Positions 36,646-44,692 of a stretch of 64,000 nucleotides of DNA are shown here, one piece after another. Below the pieces are notes generated by a model. That model ran no database searches, was not told where the DNA came from, and saw nothing but the letters and a program-made list of their open reading frames with translations. This DNA comes from Clostridia bacterium (GTDB taxonomy: Bacteria; Bacillota; Clostridia; Saccharofermentanales; DTU023). The translations under genes and the position numbers were made by a program. Within the stretch, counting starts at the first letter, position 1. Each line of letters begins with the position of its first letter. Where the stretch lies: the NCBI GenBank assembly GCA_040767365.1, contig JAXGOR010000004.1, forward strand, positions 134,283 to 198,282, given 5' to 3'.

Positions 36646-37233
36646 TCAGACCTCCTCTTTCTCAGCTTCATCAGCCGCTTCTTCCGCGGCTTCGCCCTCG
36701 GTTTCATCCTCAGCCACAGCCTCTTCACCGGCCAGTTCAGCCAACTCGGCCTCACTCAAGAGCTCTTCCGGTATATCGAGTACCTGGACCTCGGCGTACT
36801 TGGCAATCTCTTCTTCCGTGAACTCGCGCTCACTCTCGACAAAGCGGACCTTGCAAGGCAATTTGTGTGACGCGAGCCTGAGGGCCTCGCGGGCCTGTTT
36901 TTCCGTGACGCCGGCCACTTCAAAGAGGACCCTGCCGGGCTTGACGACGGCCACCCAATATTCAGGGGCCCCCTTACCCTTACCCATCCGGGTCTCGGCC
37001 GGCTTCTTGGAGACCGGTTTATCGGGGAAGATCTTGATCCAAACCGTCCCGCCCCGGCGGAAATAACGGTTGATCGCGATACGGGATGCCTCAATCTGGT
37101 TGGCGGTGATCCAACAGGGTTCCAGTGCCTGGAGGCCAAACTGGCCGTAGGTCACCTTGTTGCCCCGAAGCGCTTTCCCCTTCATGCGTCCACGGTGCTG
37201 TTTTCTGCGTTTAACACGTCTAGGCATTAACAT
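36646..37233 (-). CDS. rplP: 50S ribosomal protein L16 with acidic C-terminal extension of about 60 aa
   Basis: Track ORF of 195 aa: [38 protein letters not shown]...; the canonical body ends near ...KLPCKVRFV. An E/A-rich tail then runs to the stop. Confidence 0.92.
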   Translation of the reverse strand: MLMPRRVKRRKQHRGRMKGKALRGNKVTYGQFGLQALEPCWITANQIEASRIAINRYFRRGGTVWIKIFPDKPVSKKPAETRMGKGKGAPEYWVAVVKPGRVLFEVAGVTEKQAREALRLASHKLPCKVRFVESEREFTEEEIAKYAEVQVLDIPEELLSEAELAELAGEEAVAEDETEGEAAEEAADEAEKEEV

Positions 37234-37903
37234 CGGGGATCGCCTCCTTTTCTTCCCGGGCGGTATTCCTGATGCTCAGGACCTCGCCCTTGTATATCCA
37301 TACTTTGACGCCGAGCTGGCCGTAGGAGGTCTTCGCCTCGGCAAAGCCGTAGTCGATATCGGCATGGAGCGTGTGAAGGGGGATGGACCCCTCCCGGTAC
37401 TGCTCGAAGCGGGCGATCTCAGCGCCGCCGAGACGGCCGGACACCATGGTCTTGATCCCCTTGGCCCCGTTCTTCATAGCCCGGTTGATGGCCTGCTTCA
37501 TGGCCCGGCGGAAGGAGACCCGCTCCTCCAGCTGCTTGGCGATGCTCTCAGCGACAAGCTGGGCCTCGATATCGACATTCCGCACTTCCTTGACATTGAT
37601 GTAGAAGGCGCGGCCAAATTTCTTTGTCAGTCTCTTTTTAAGATTCTCGATCTCCGAGCCGCCGCGGCCGATGATGATGCCCGGCTTGCCCGTGGTGATC
37701 GTAATGGTCGTATTATCCTCGCCCAGGCGTTCGATCTCAATCCTCGATACGCCGGCGCGCTCTGTTTCCGCCTTGACGAAGTCGCGGATCTTCTTATCTT
37801 CGACAAGAAAGCGGGCGAAGTCCTTTTTATCGGCATACCAGCGCGAATCCCAGTCTTTTATAACACCAACACGCAAACCGTGCGGATTGACTTTCTGACC
37901 CAT
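37220..37903 (-). CDS. rpsC: 30S ribosomal protein S3
   Basis: Track ORF of 227 aa: [27 protein letters not shown]...[10 protein letters not shown]. Confidence 0.95.
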   Translation of the reverse strand: MGQKVNPHGLRVGVIKDWDSRWYADKKDFARFLVEDKKIRDFVKAETERAGVSRIEIERLGEDNTTITITTGKPGIIIGRGGSEIENLKKRLTKKFGRAFYINVKEVRNVDIEAQLVAESIAKQLEERVSFRRAMKQAINRAMKNGAKGIKTMVSGRLGGAEIARFEQYREGSIPLHTLHADIDYGFAEAKTSYGQLGVKVWIYKGEVLSIRNTAREEKEAIPDVNA

Positions 37904-37904
37904 A

Positions 37905-38390
37905 TCAGTCCTCCTGCTCCCTTTCTCTCAGTACAACATCAACATGGCAGCTGCGCTTGAGGATCCAGGTCGCCTGGCCCCGGGCGCGGGCGCGGATCCG
38001 TTTCATGGTCGGCCCCTGCATGGCGTTCAGTTCCGCCACGTAGAGGTTTTCCGCGTTCAGTCCGTTGTTGTTGACCGCGTTGGCCTCAGCGGATTGCAGT
38101 AGCTTGGTCAGCGGCCTGGCTGCCCCATGCGGTGTATACTGCAAGATCGCGTAGGCCTCCTCAAGGGGTTTGCCGATGATCAGACGGATCAGGGCATTGA
38201 CCTTGAAGGCGTTCATGCGAAGATAGGAAAGTCTCGCCCGGCCTTCATCGCGGCCGATTCCCAGGACCTTTCGCTCTCTTTTTGTAAGTAGACGCGATTT
38301 CGCGTATCGCGGAGTCTGCTTCCCCCGCGCGGCGATGAGCTCTTCGCGGCGGTCAAGCAGCTCCTGTCTGCTCATTGTTTTCTTAGCCAC
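37905..38390 (-). CDS. rplV: 50S ribosomal protein L22 with N-terminal extension of about 45 aa
   Basis: Track ORF 37905..38540 trimmed to GTG 38390 (GGGAGGA RBS 6 nt upstream; alternative ATG at 38374). The core reads [54 protein letters not shown]...[10 protein letters not shown]. Confidence 0.85.
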   Translation of the reverse strand: MAKKTMSRQELLDRREELIAARGKQTPRYAKSRLLTKRERKVLGIGRDEGRARLSYLRMNAFKVNALIRLIIGKPLEEAYAILQYTPHGAARPLTKLLQSAEANAVNNNGLNAENLYVAELNAMQGPTMKRIRARARGQATWILKRSCHVDVVLREREQED

Positions 38391-38412
38391 AATATTTCCT
38401 CCCTGCCGTTTC

Positions 38413-38694
38413 CTAGCGCATCCTGGCGCGTTTTTCAGATCCGGCATGGCCTCTGAAGGTTCTTGTCGGGGCGAATTCCCCCAGCTTATGACCGACCATC
38501 TCCTCCGTGATATAGACAGGAACGTGCTTGCGCCCGTCATGGACGGCGATGGTATGGCCCACCATCTCGGGGAATATGGTGGAGGCGCGTGCCCAGGTTC
38601 TCAGGACACGGTGCTCATTCTTCTCATTCTGCTCGTTGATGCGCTTCAATAGCCTTTCATCCACGTAGTAACCTTTTTTTGCGGAACGACTCAT
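38413..38694 (-). CDS. rpsS: 30S ribosomal protein S19
   Basis: Track ORF of 93 aa: [19 protein letters not shown]...[38 protein letters not shown]. Confidence 0.95.
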   Translation of the reverse strand: MSRSAKKGYYVDERLLKRINEQNEKNEHRVLRTWARASTIFPEMVGHTIAVHDGRKHVPVYITEEMVGHKLGEFAPTRTFRGHAGSEKRARMR

Positions 38695-38710
38695 GCTCTC
38701 TCCTCCATCC

Positions 38711-39544
38711 CTAGCTCTTGGTACGGCGCCTGATGATCAGCCGGTCGGTCGACTTGCCGCGCTTGCGTGTGCGGTAGCCCAGGGTCGGTTTGCCCCAGGG
38801 GGTCACCGGGCTGGGTTTTCCGATCGGAGCCTTGCCCTCGCCCCCGCCGTGCGGGTGATCCACAGCGTTCATGGCCGAGCCGCGTACGTGGGGACGGCGC
38901 CCCATATGGCGCTTGCGGCCGGCTTTGCCGATGTTGACAATCTCATTTTCAATGTTGCTCACAACCCCGATGACGGCCCGGCAGTTTTGCAGGACCATGC
39001 GGACTTCACCGGATGGCATACGGAGGGTCGCGTAACGGCCTTCCTTGGCCAGGAGCTGGGCCGAGGTCCCGGCGGCGCGGACCAGCTGTCCGCCATGCCC
39101 CGGGTAGAGCTCCACATTGTGAACCTGGGTCCCGACGGGAATCGACGACAGGGGCAGGCAGTTGCCGGCCACGATGTCGACATCGGTCCCCGCGATGACC
39201 GTATCGCCCGCCTTAAGTCCATGCGGGGCGATGATGTAGCCCTTCTCCCCATCCGCGTACATGATCAGCGCGATGAAGGCTGTCCGGTTGGGGTCATATT
39301 CAATCGCCAGTACCTTGGCGGGAATGTCTGTCTTATTCCGCTTCCAGTCGATCAAGCGGTATTTGCGGCGGTTGCCGCCGCCTCTGTGACGCACCGTGAT
39401 ACGGCCGTAGTTGTTGCGGCCGCTATGTTTCTTCTTTGTGGCAAGCAGGCTTTTCTCCGGCGCCTTGTCCGTCAGGACGGACTTGTCGGCTCCGGTCATC
39501 TGCCTCCTGCCGGGAGAAGTCGGGCGATAGCTTTTGATAGCCAT
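38711..39544 (-). CDS. rplB: 50S ribosomal protein L2
   Basis: Track ORF of 277 aa: [17 protein letters not shown]...[16 protein letters not shown]...[14 protein letters not shown]. Confidence 0.96.
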   Translation of the reverse strand: MAIKSYRPTSPGRRQMTGADKSVLTDKAPEKSLLATKKKHSGRNNYGRITVRHRGGGNRRKYRLIDWKRNKTDIPAKVLAIEYDPNRTAFIALIMYADGEKGYIIAPHGLKAGDTVIAGTDVDIVAGNCLPLSSIPVGTQVHNVELYPGHGGQLVRAAGTSAQLLAKEGRYATLRMPSGEVRMVLQNCRAVIGVVSNIENEIVNIGKAGRKRHMGRRPHVRGSAMNAVDHPHGGGEGKAPIGKPSPVTPWGKPTLGYRTRKRGKSTDRLIIRRRTKS

Positions 39545-39572
39545 AGTGATCTCCTTCTTTCACGCGGCCGGT

Positions 39573-39926
39573 TTACTGGCCAAATCCGAATTCTGCGATC
39601 TCGGTCTTGTACTTCTTGGAGCTGGTCCCCTTCTTGCCGCCGGGAAGTGGGTATTCCACCGGCGCGGGATCGAGATCAATGGTGACAACGGCCTTCTTCC
39701 AGGACGCTGTCCGGCCGCTTGTCTTGCCCATCCGGCGCTTCTTCCCCTCAAGTCGCATGGTGTTGACCTTGACGACCTTGACGTCGAAGAGGAGTTCGCA
39801 GGCCTTGCCGATTTCCGTTCTGCTGGCGTCCCTGGCCACGGCAAAGGTATATTTCCCGAGCATGGTCTGCTCCATACTCTGCTCTGTAATGATCGGTCTC
39901 AGGATGATATCGTGCGGGTCCTTCAT
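39573..39926 (-). CDS. rplW: 50S ribosomal protein L23
   Basis: Track ORF of 117 aa: MKDPHDIILRPIITEQSMEQ...KYTFAVARDASRTEIGKACELLFDVKVVKVNT. ATGA overlap with rplD. Confidence 0.92.
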   Translation of the reverse strand: MKDPHDIILRPIITEQSMEQTMLGKYTFAVARDASRTEIGKACELLFDVKVVKVNTMRLEGKKRRMGKTSGRTASWKKAVVTIDLDPAPVEYPLPGGKKGTSSKKYKTEIAEFGFGQ

Positions 39927-40546
39927 GACGCGTATACCTCCTCCAGTGTTTCGAGCGCCTCGCGCGTCGCGATCAGCCGGTCATACTTGAGAAGATCAAG
40001 CACGGAAATCGCGTTGACCGGGGCTGTCTTGACCCCGGGCAGATTCCGCGCCGACCGGACAACATCCTCCCGCCTGCCGGCGGTGACGATAAGCGAAGTC
40101 GTGTCGGCCCCAATCTTCTTCAAGACTTCCGCCATGACACGTGTCTTTCCGTTTTCAATGGCCAGCTCGTCCAGGATGACGAGCTTCTCGCCACCCGCCT
40201 TGGTGGACAGCATGGACAGGAGGGCGAGACGGCGCAGCTTCTTGGGCAGCCGCACCCGGTAGCTCCGCGGCGTCGGCCCGAAGGTGACACCGCCGCCAAC
40301 CTTGAGCGGGGAACGGATCGAACCCTGACGGGCCCGGCCGGTACCTTTCTGACGGAAGGGCTTCCTGCCGCCCCCCCGGACTTCACTCCTGCCTTTGGTC
40401 TTGTGCGTGCCCTGCCTTCTGTTGGCCTGCTGGGCGATCATGACCCGGTAGACGGCGTCCTCATTCGGTTCAATCGCGAAGATGTCATCCGACAGATCCA
40501 TGCTGCCGACGACATCACCGTTCATGTTATATACATCGAGTTGCAT
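39923..40546 (-). CDS. rplD: 50S ribosomal protein L4
   Basis: Track ORF of 207 aa: ...QQANRRQGTHKTKGRSEVRGGGRKPFRQKGTGRARQGSIRSP. Confidence 0.95.
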   Translation of the reverse strand: MQLDVYNMNGDVVGSMDLSDDIFAIEPNEDAVYRVMIAQQANRRQGTHKTKGRSEVRGGGRKPFRQKGTGRARQGSIRSPLKVGGGVTFGPTPRSYRVRLPKKLRRLALLSMLSTKAGGEKLVILDELAIENGKTRVMAEVLKKIGADTTSLIVTAGRREDVVRSARNLPGVKTAPVNAISVLDLLKYDRLIATREALETLEEVYAS

Positions 40547-40556
40547 AAGCCCCCTC

Positions 40557-41183
40557 CTACTTCTTGGACTTGACGGTCGCCTTGATCTCGAGCAGACCGC
40601 CCTTGGGCCCGGGAACCGCGCCCTTGACGACCAGGAAGTGCCGTTCGCCGTCCACCTGGACGACGGCCAGGTTCTGTACCGTCACGCGCTTGTAGCCCAA
40701 CTGTCCGGGAAGCTTGCTTCCCTTGAAAACCTTGCCCGGCGTGGCCGCGCCACCCATGGCGCCCGCCTTGCGGTGGTACTTGGATCCGTGGGCCGCCGGC
40801 CCGCGGCGCATACCGTGCCGCCTGATGGCGCCCTGGTAGCCCTTGCCCTTGGAGGTTCCGGTGACATCGACGTGATCGCCGGCCTCGAACATTTCATCGA
40901 CCGCGATCACCTGTCCCGGCTCATAGGCCTCCCCTGTGTGGAATTCACGCAGGACCCGCAAGGGTTTCACACCTATCTTTTCAAACTGTCCCTTGTGGGG
41001 ACGGTTCCCTTTTTCGTTTTCTTCATAGCCGACACGGACCGCCTGATAGCCTTCCTTCTCCACCGTCTTGTTCTGGATGACGGTAAGGGGCCCACAGGCG
41101 ATGACGGTTACGGGAATCGCAAGCCCGTTCTCGTCAAAGATTTGTGTCATTCCGGCCTTGCGGCCCAGCATGAATTTTGACAT
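40557..41183 (-). CDS. rplC: 50S ribosomal protein L3
   Basis: Track ORF of 208 aa: MLGRKAGMTQIFDENGLAIPVTVI...TGTSKGKGYQGAIRRHG. Confidence 0.95.
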   Translation of the reverse strand: MSKFMLGRKAGMTQIFDENGLAIPVTVIACGPLTVIQNKTVEKEGYQAVRVGYEENEKGNRPHKGQFEKIGVKPLRVLREFHTGEAYEPGQVIAVDEMFEAGDHVDVTGTSKGKGYQGAIRRHGMRRGPAAHGSKYHRKAGAMGGAATPGKVFKGSKLPGQLGYKRVTVQNLAVVQVDGERHFLVVKGAVPGPKGGLLEIKATVKSKK

Positions 41184-41239
41184 GCCCTATCCTCCTGAGT
41201 TATTGGTTTGCCCTGGCAAACATTGACCCTTTTTGAGGG

Positions 41240-41551
41240 TTACAGTTTGATTTCAATATTGACGCCGGCCGGCATTTCCAGCCGCATGAGCGCCTCCACC
41301 GTCTTGGACGTCGGTGCCAGAATATCGATGAGGCGTTTGTGGGTCCTGATCTCAAATTGCTCACGCGCGTCCTTATGCATGTGCGGCGAGCGGAGAATGG
41401 TGATGATCTCCTTTTCGGTAGGGAGCGGGATCGGACCTGAGATGCTGGCGCCTGTGCGTTCCGCTGTGTTGACGATCCGCCTTGCGCTGTCGTCAAGTAT
41501 GCGGCTATCAAACGCTTTGAGTCGAATTCTGATTTTCTGGTTAACAGCCAT
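41240..41551 (-). CDS. rpsJ: 30S ribosomal protein S10
   Basis: Track ORF of 103 aa: [48 protein letters not shown]...HKRLIDI. Confidence 0.96.
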   Translation of the reverse strand: MAVNQKIRIRLKAFDSRILDDSARRIVNTAERTGASISGPIPLPTEKEIITILRSPHMHKDAREQFEIRTHKRLIDILAPTSKTVEALMRLEMPAGVNIEIKL

Positions 41552-41807
41552 TCCTATACTTCCTCCTGCTATCTGCTTTCGAAATCACTATTGATTCGGG
41601 CGTATCCTTCTTTGCCAATTTAAAGCCCAGACGGCGCCAAGGCGGCACAAACGCTGGGAGCCCTACTGCCAATGGATTCCGCGCCCGGTATCGGGACCGG
41701 ACTTCTCAGGTGAAGTTCCCTGCCGGCTTGCAGTAAAACCGGGAGCAATCTCCACCGTCTTCGCTGTTTTCTATGCGCCACAAGGCGCAGAAAAAGGCGC
41801 AAGGTGG

Positions 41808-41836
41808 AGTATACAACATGATTGGGGGGATTGCAA
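41808..41836 (-). promoter_or_regulatory. candidate sigma-70 promoter of the S10 ribosomal protein operon
   Basis: On the minus strand: TTGCAA (41836-41831), a 17-nt spacer, then TATACT (41813-41808). This implies a leader of about 250 nt before the rpsJ ATG at 41551. Confidence 0.55.
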
Positions 41837-41848
41837 ACGGAAATTTTC

Positions 41849-41861
41849 CTCGGATCCATTG
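41849..41861. repeat. left copy of the 13-bp target-site duplication CTCGGATCCATTG flanking the IS30-family element
   Basis: Identical 13-mer at 43590-43602. Each copy abuts a terminal inverted repeat. Confidence 0.8.
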
Positions 41862-41889
41862 AGATAAATGACAATGTAACCTGGACAGT
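41862..41889. repeat. IS30-family element left terminal inverted repeat
   Basis: Matches the reverse complement of 43562-43589 at 25/28. Confidence 0.8.
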
Positions 41890-42033
41890 GAGTCAAAAAA
41901 AACGTCCAGCTTAATCTGGCAAATAGAATGTCCTACTTAATCTGGCAAGAGTGACCTCTTTCGTCAACCAAAACTTTATACTGTCCCAAGAGAAGAACCA
42001 AGCTCAAGGCGGGCCTTCCCTAAGGAGGTTGCC

Positions 42034-43329
42034 ATGAGCCACTACCAACACCTGACCCTGGAGGACAGGGTCTTAATCAAAATGAAACTGGAAGCTGCCG
42101 ACTCTTTTCGTAAGATCGCAAAAGACTTGGGTAAATCCCCCACCACCATCTCCCAGGAGATAAAAAAGCATCGGAGCCGTATCGAGAAGAATGCCTTCAA
42201 TACCCGCTACAACCCTTGTAAGCACCGATTCCACTGTCCTGCCCAACTTTTATGTGGCAGGCTCTACTGCAAGAAGAAAACCTGTGCCTCCTGCAAGGAA
42301 GGCTGCTCTCCTCTTTGCCCTGACTTCGAAGAAGAATACTGCCCACGCCTGCAAAAGGCACCCTATGTCTGCCATGGCTGTAAACAAAAGCACCGTTGTG
42401 GCCTGACCCGCTACGAGTACATGCCCACCGTTGCTCACCATCAATACCTGGAGCTCCTGTCCGAATCCCGTCAAGGGAGGTCTTATTCGCCTGAAGAGGT
42501 CGACTCCATCCGCAAGATCGTGAAGGCAGATCTCAAGCGGGGGCTATCGCCTTACATCATCTGGGCCAACCACAAGAACGAACTGCCTTGCTCTCACCGG
42601 ACCATCTACCGGCTCATCCAGGACCGAGCCCTGGCTGAAGTCTCAGGCTTTGACCTGCCCTACAAGATCCGTTACCGGCCCAGAAGAAAGAGGCGGGAGC
42701 ACAAGATTGACACGCGCTGCCGTCAGGGGAGGACCTGCCAGGACTACCTGGCCTTCATGGGGGAGGACCCCTGGCCCGTCGTCGAGATGGACACGGTCAT
42801 CGGGACGGTCGGGGGCAAGGTCATCTTGTCCCTCTATTTCCAAGAGTCCTCCTTGCTCCTCTTATACTTGAGAGAACGTAATACGGCCCAGTCCGTCATC
42901 GATTGCTTTAATCGCCTCTACGATGTCCTGGGCCGGGACAGCTTTTGTCGACTCTTCCCGGTCCTCCTCACCGACAACGGATCGGAGTTCTCCAATCCTG
43001 TTGCCATTGAGTTTGACCAAGAAGGCCAAAGGCGGACCCGGATCTACTATTGTGACCCGGGGATGCCAAACCAGAAGCCTGGAGTGGAAGGGGCCCACAA
43101 GCACTTAAGGCGCATTTTACCCAAGGGGACGTCTTTCAATGATCTGACCCAGGAAGACCTGAACCAGGTCATGGGCCATGTCAACGGTTTCCCCAGAAAA
43201 AAGCTGAATGACCGGTCACCAACCCAGTCATTCAGCGCTACTTTCGGGAGGGACATCCTGGAACGCTTAGGCGTTCCTTGTATCGATCCTTCCCAAGTAG
43301 TTTTACGGCCCAGCGCCCTACAAAAGTAG
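42034..43329 (+). CDS. IS30-family DDE transposase with a Cys-rich insertion
   Basis: Track ORF of 431 aa. N-terminal HTH: HLTLEDRVLIKMKLEAADSFRKIAKDLGKSPTTISQEIKKH. DDE core: ...VVEMDTVIG...LLTDNGSEFS...YYCDPGMPNQKPGVEGAHKHLRR. AAGGAGG RBS. Confidence 0.9.
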   Translation: MSHYQHLTLEDRVLIKMKLEAADSFRKIAKDLGKSPTTISQEIKKHRSRIEKNAFNTRYNPCKHRFHCPAQLLCGRLYCKKKTCASCKEGCSPLCPDFEEEYCPRLQKAPYVCHGCKQKHRCGLTRYEYMPTVAHHQYLELLSESRQGRSYSPEEVDSIRKIVKADLKRGLSPYIIWANHKNELPCSHRTIYRLIQDRALAEVSGFDLPYKIRYRPRRKRREHKIDTRCRQGRTCQDYLAFMGEDPWPVVEMDTVIGTVGGKVILSLYFQESSLLLLYLRERNTAQSVIDCFNRLYDVLGRDSFCRLFPVLLTDNGSEFSNPVAIEFDQEGQRRTRIYYCDPGMPNQKPGVEGAHKHLRRILPKGTSFNDLTQEDLNQVMGHVNGFPRKKLNDRSPTQSFSATFGRDILERLGVPCIDPSQVVLRPSALQK

Positions 43330-43561
43330 ACCGCTGATTTTTCGGGAAAAAGCCCGCCTCGAACGCCGTTCTTCTCTAACGTTCCAGGCCATCCAGCTTA
43401 AAGTGTCGTAAACGACAAATAGCTCGATGGTTCTGTTAAGCGCGCTCTTCTTTCCTGCCGTGCTCCCCATTCTACCATTTATCTTCGCTTTACGGGGTTT
43501 TTCTTGTGACTGCCAAACCCCTCGCTACAGTTTGTTTCAAGTTTTCTTGGATCCCTACTCT

Positions 43562-43589
43562 ACTGTCCAGGTTAGCTTGTCATTTATCG
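43562..43589. repeat. IS30-family element right terminal inverted repeat
   Basis: See the left repeat (25/28 match). Confidence 0.8.
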
Positions 43590-43602
43590 CTCGGATCCAT
43601 TG
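43590..43602. repeat. right copy of the 13-bp target-site duplication CTCGGATCCATTG
   Basis: Identical to 41849-41861. Confidence 0.8.
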
Positions 43603-43680
43603 TAACAAAGGACTTGCGGCTGATGTTATCTTTGTAGGAAGGAAGTTTGAAGCGAGCAGGAAGGAATCCGAAAAAAGCAT

Positions 43681-44673
43681 ATGTTAGAGAAGATAAGGGA
43701 GGGCCTTTACCGGCTTGAGATCCCACTCCCCCGCAACCCCCTGCGGACTTTGAATAGTTACATCATGAACTCCCCTGACCGGAATCTTATCGTCGATACC
43801 GGTTTCAACCTGCCTGAATGCCTGGCGGCCCTGGAGGCGGGAATCAGGGAGCTGGGCCTGGACATGGAAAAGACGGATGTGCTGGCGACCCATTTTCACG
43901 CGGATCACACCGGGCTCATGCCCCGGATCCTGACCGACAGGTCCCGGGCCTTCATGGGACGGATCGACAGGGCCATGCTGAGGGAACAGATCGGGCGCGG
44001 CGACGACTATTGGCGTGACGGCGAAAACAGGTACCGGCGGGAGGGTTATCCGGAGGCGGATCTCCGGGAGACAGCCCGGTTGAATCCGGGGCGCCATTTT
44101 ATCGCGGATGCCCTGTTCGAGATCACCCCGCTCGACCGGGGGGACAGGATCAGCTGCGGGTCCATGCACTGGGAGGTCATCCCCACCCCGGGACACACCC
44201 CGGGCCATATCTGCCTCTACGAGCCGGACCTGGAACTCCTGATCTCCGGGGACCACCTGCTCTTTGACATCACCCCCAACATTACCTATTGGAAGGTCAT
44301 GACCGATTCACTTGAAAGCTATCTGACCAGCCTCAAGGCCATAGCCGGCTTGAAGGTCCAGGTCGTTTTGCCCGGCCACCGGGGCCGGGAGGGTTCCTTG
44401 GGGGGACGGGTCCTCGAGCTGTTGGACCACCATGAGAAGCGGCTGGCGGACGTACTCCGCATCGTTGGGGAGAATCCCTTCATCACCGCCTACGAGGTCG
44501 CCTCCCGGATGGAATGGTCCATCCGGGCCGACAGCTGGTCTGATTTCCCGCCGGGACAGCGCTGGTTTGCCGTGGGTGAAGCCATCGCCCATATCCTGCA
44601 TCTGGTCAACAAGGGGAAACTGGAGCGGCACAGCCGGGGGGATGTCCACACCTATTGCCTGGCCAAGGCCTAG
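43681..44673 (+). CDS. MBL-fold metallo-hydrolase
   Basis: Track ORF of 330 aa: ...NLIVDTGF...ATHFHADHTGL...TPGHTPGHICL...LPGH. Confidence 0.8.
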   Translation: MLEKIREGLYRLEIPLPRNPLRTLNSYIMNSPDRNLIVDTGFNLPECLAALEAGIRELGLDMEKTDVLATHFHADHTGLMPRILTDRSRAFMGRIDRAMLREQIGRGDDYWRDGENRYRREGYPEADLRETARLNPGRHFIADALFEITPLDRGDRISCGSMHWEVIPTPGHTPGHICLYEPDLELLISGDHLLFDITPNITYWKVMTDSLESYLTSLKAIAGLKVQVVLPGHRGREGSLGGRVLELLDHHEKRLADVLRIVGENPFITAYEVASRMEWSIRADSWSDFPPGQRWFAVGEAIAHILHLVNKGKLERHSRGDVHTYCLAKA

Positions 44674-44692
44674 GGGGGGCCCTCCCGGGTCC

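Larger units (their letters stand above)
41862..43589 (+). mobile_element. IS30-family insertion sequence (1728 bp), apparently intact
   Basis: The 28-bp terminal inverted repeats are AGATAAATGACAATGTAACCTGGACAGT (41862-41889) and ACTGTCCAGGTTAGCTTGTCATTTATCG (43562-43589), matching at 25/28. They enclose an uninterrupted 431-aa IS30 transposase gene and are flanked by a perfect 13-bp direct repeat. Confidence 0.87.

Noticed and set aside
38693-39685. Long antisense ORFs opposite well-supported genes, for example 38693..39685, 6120..7331, 16099..16944, 17340..18248, 21097..21786, 21887..22711, 23319..24390, 37157..37960, 45290..46180, 50524..51399 and 53938..55443.
   Set aside because: These are typical GC-rich shadow ORFs with R/G/P/A-biased, low-complexity translations and no recognisable motifs. 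Each fully overlaps a gene with strong homology-type evidence on the other strand.
41620-41874. The 84-aa ORF in the rpsJ upstream region.
   Set aside because: It spans the inferred promoter and the IS30 terminal repeat/target duplication and has an R/P/S-rich composition. The region is better explained as a leader plus promoter.
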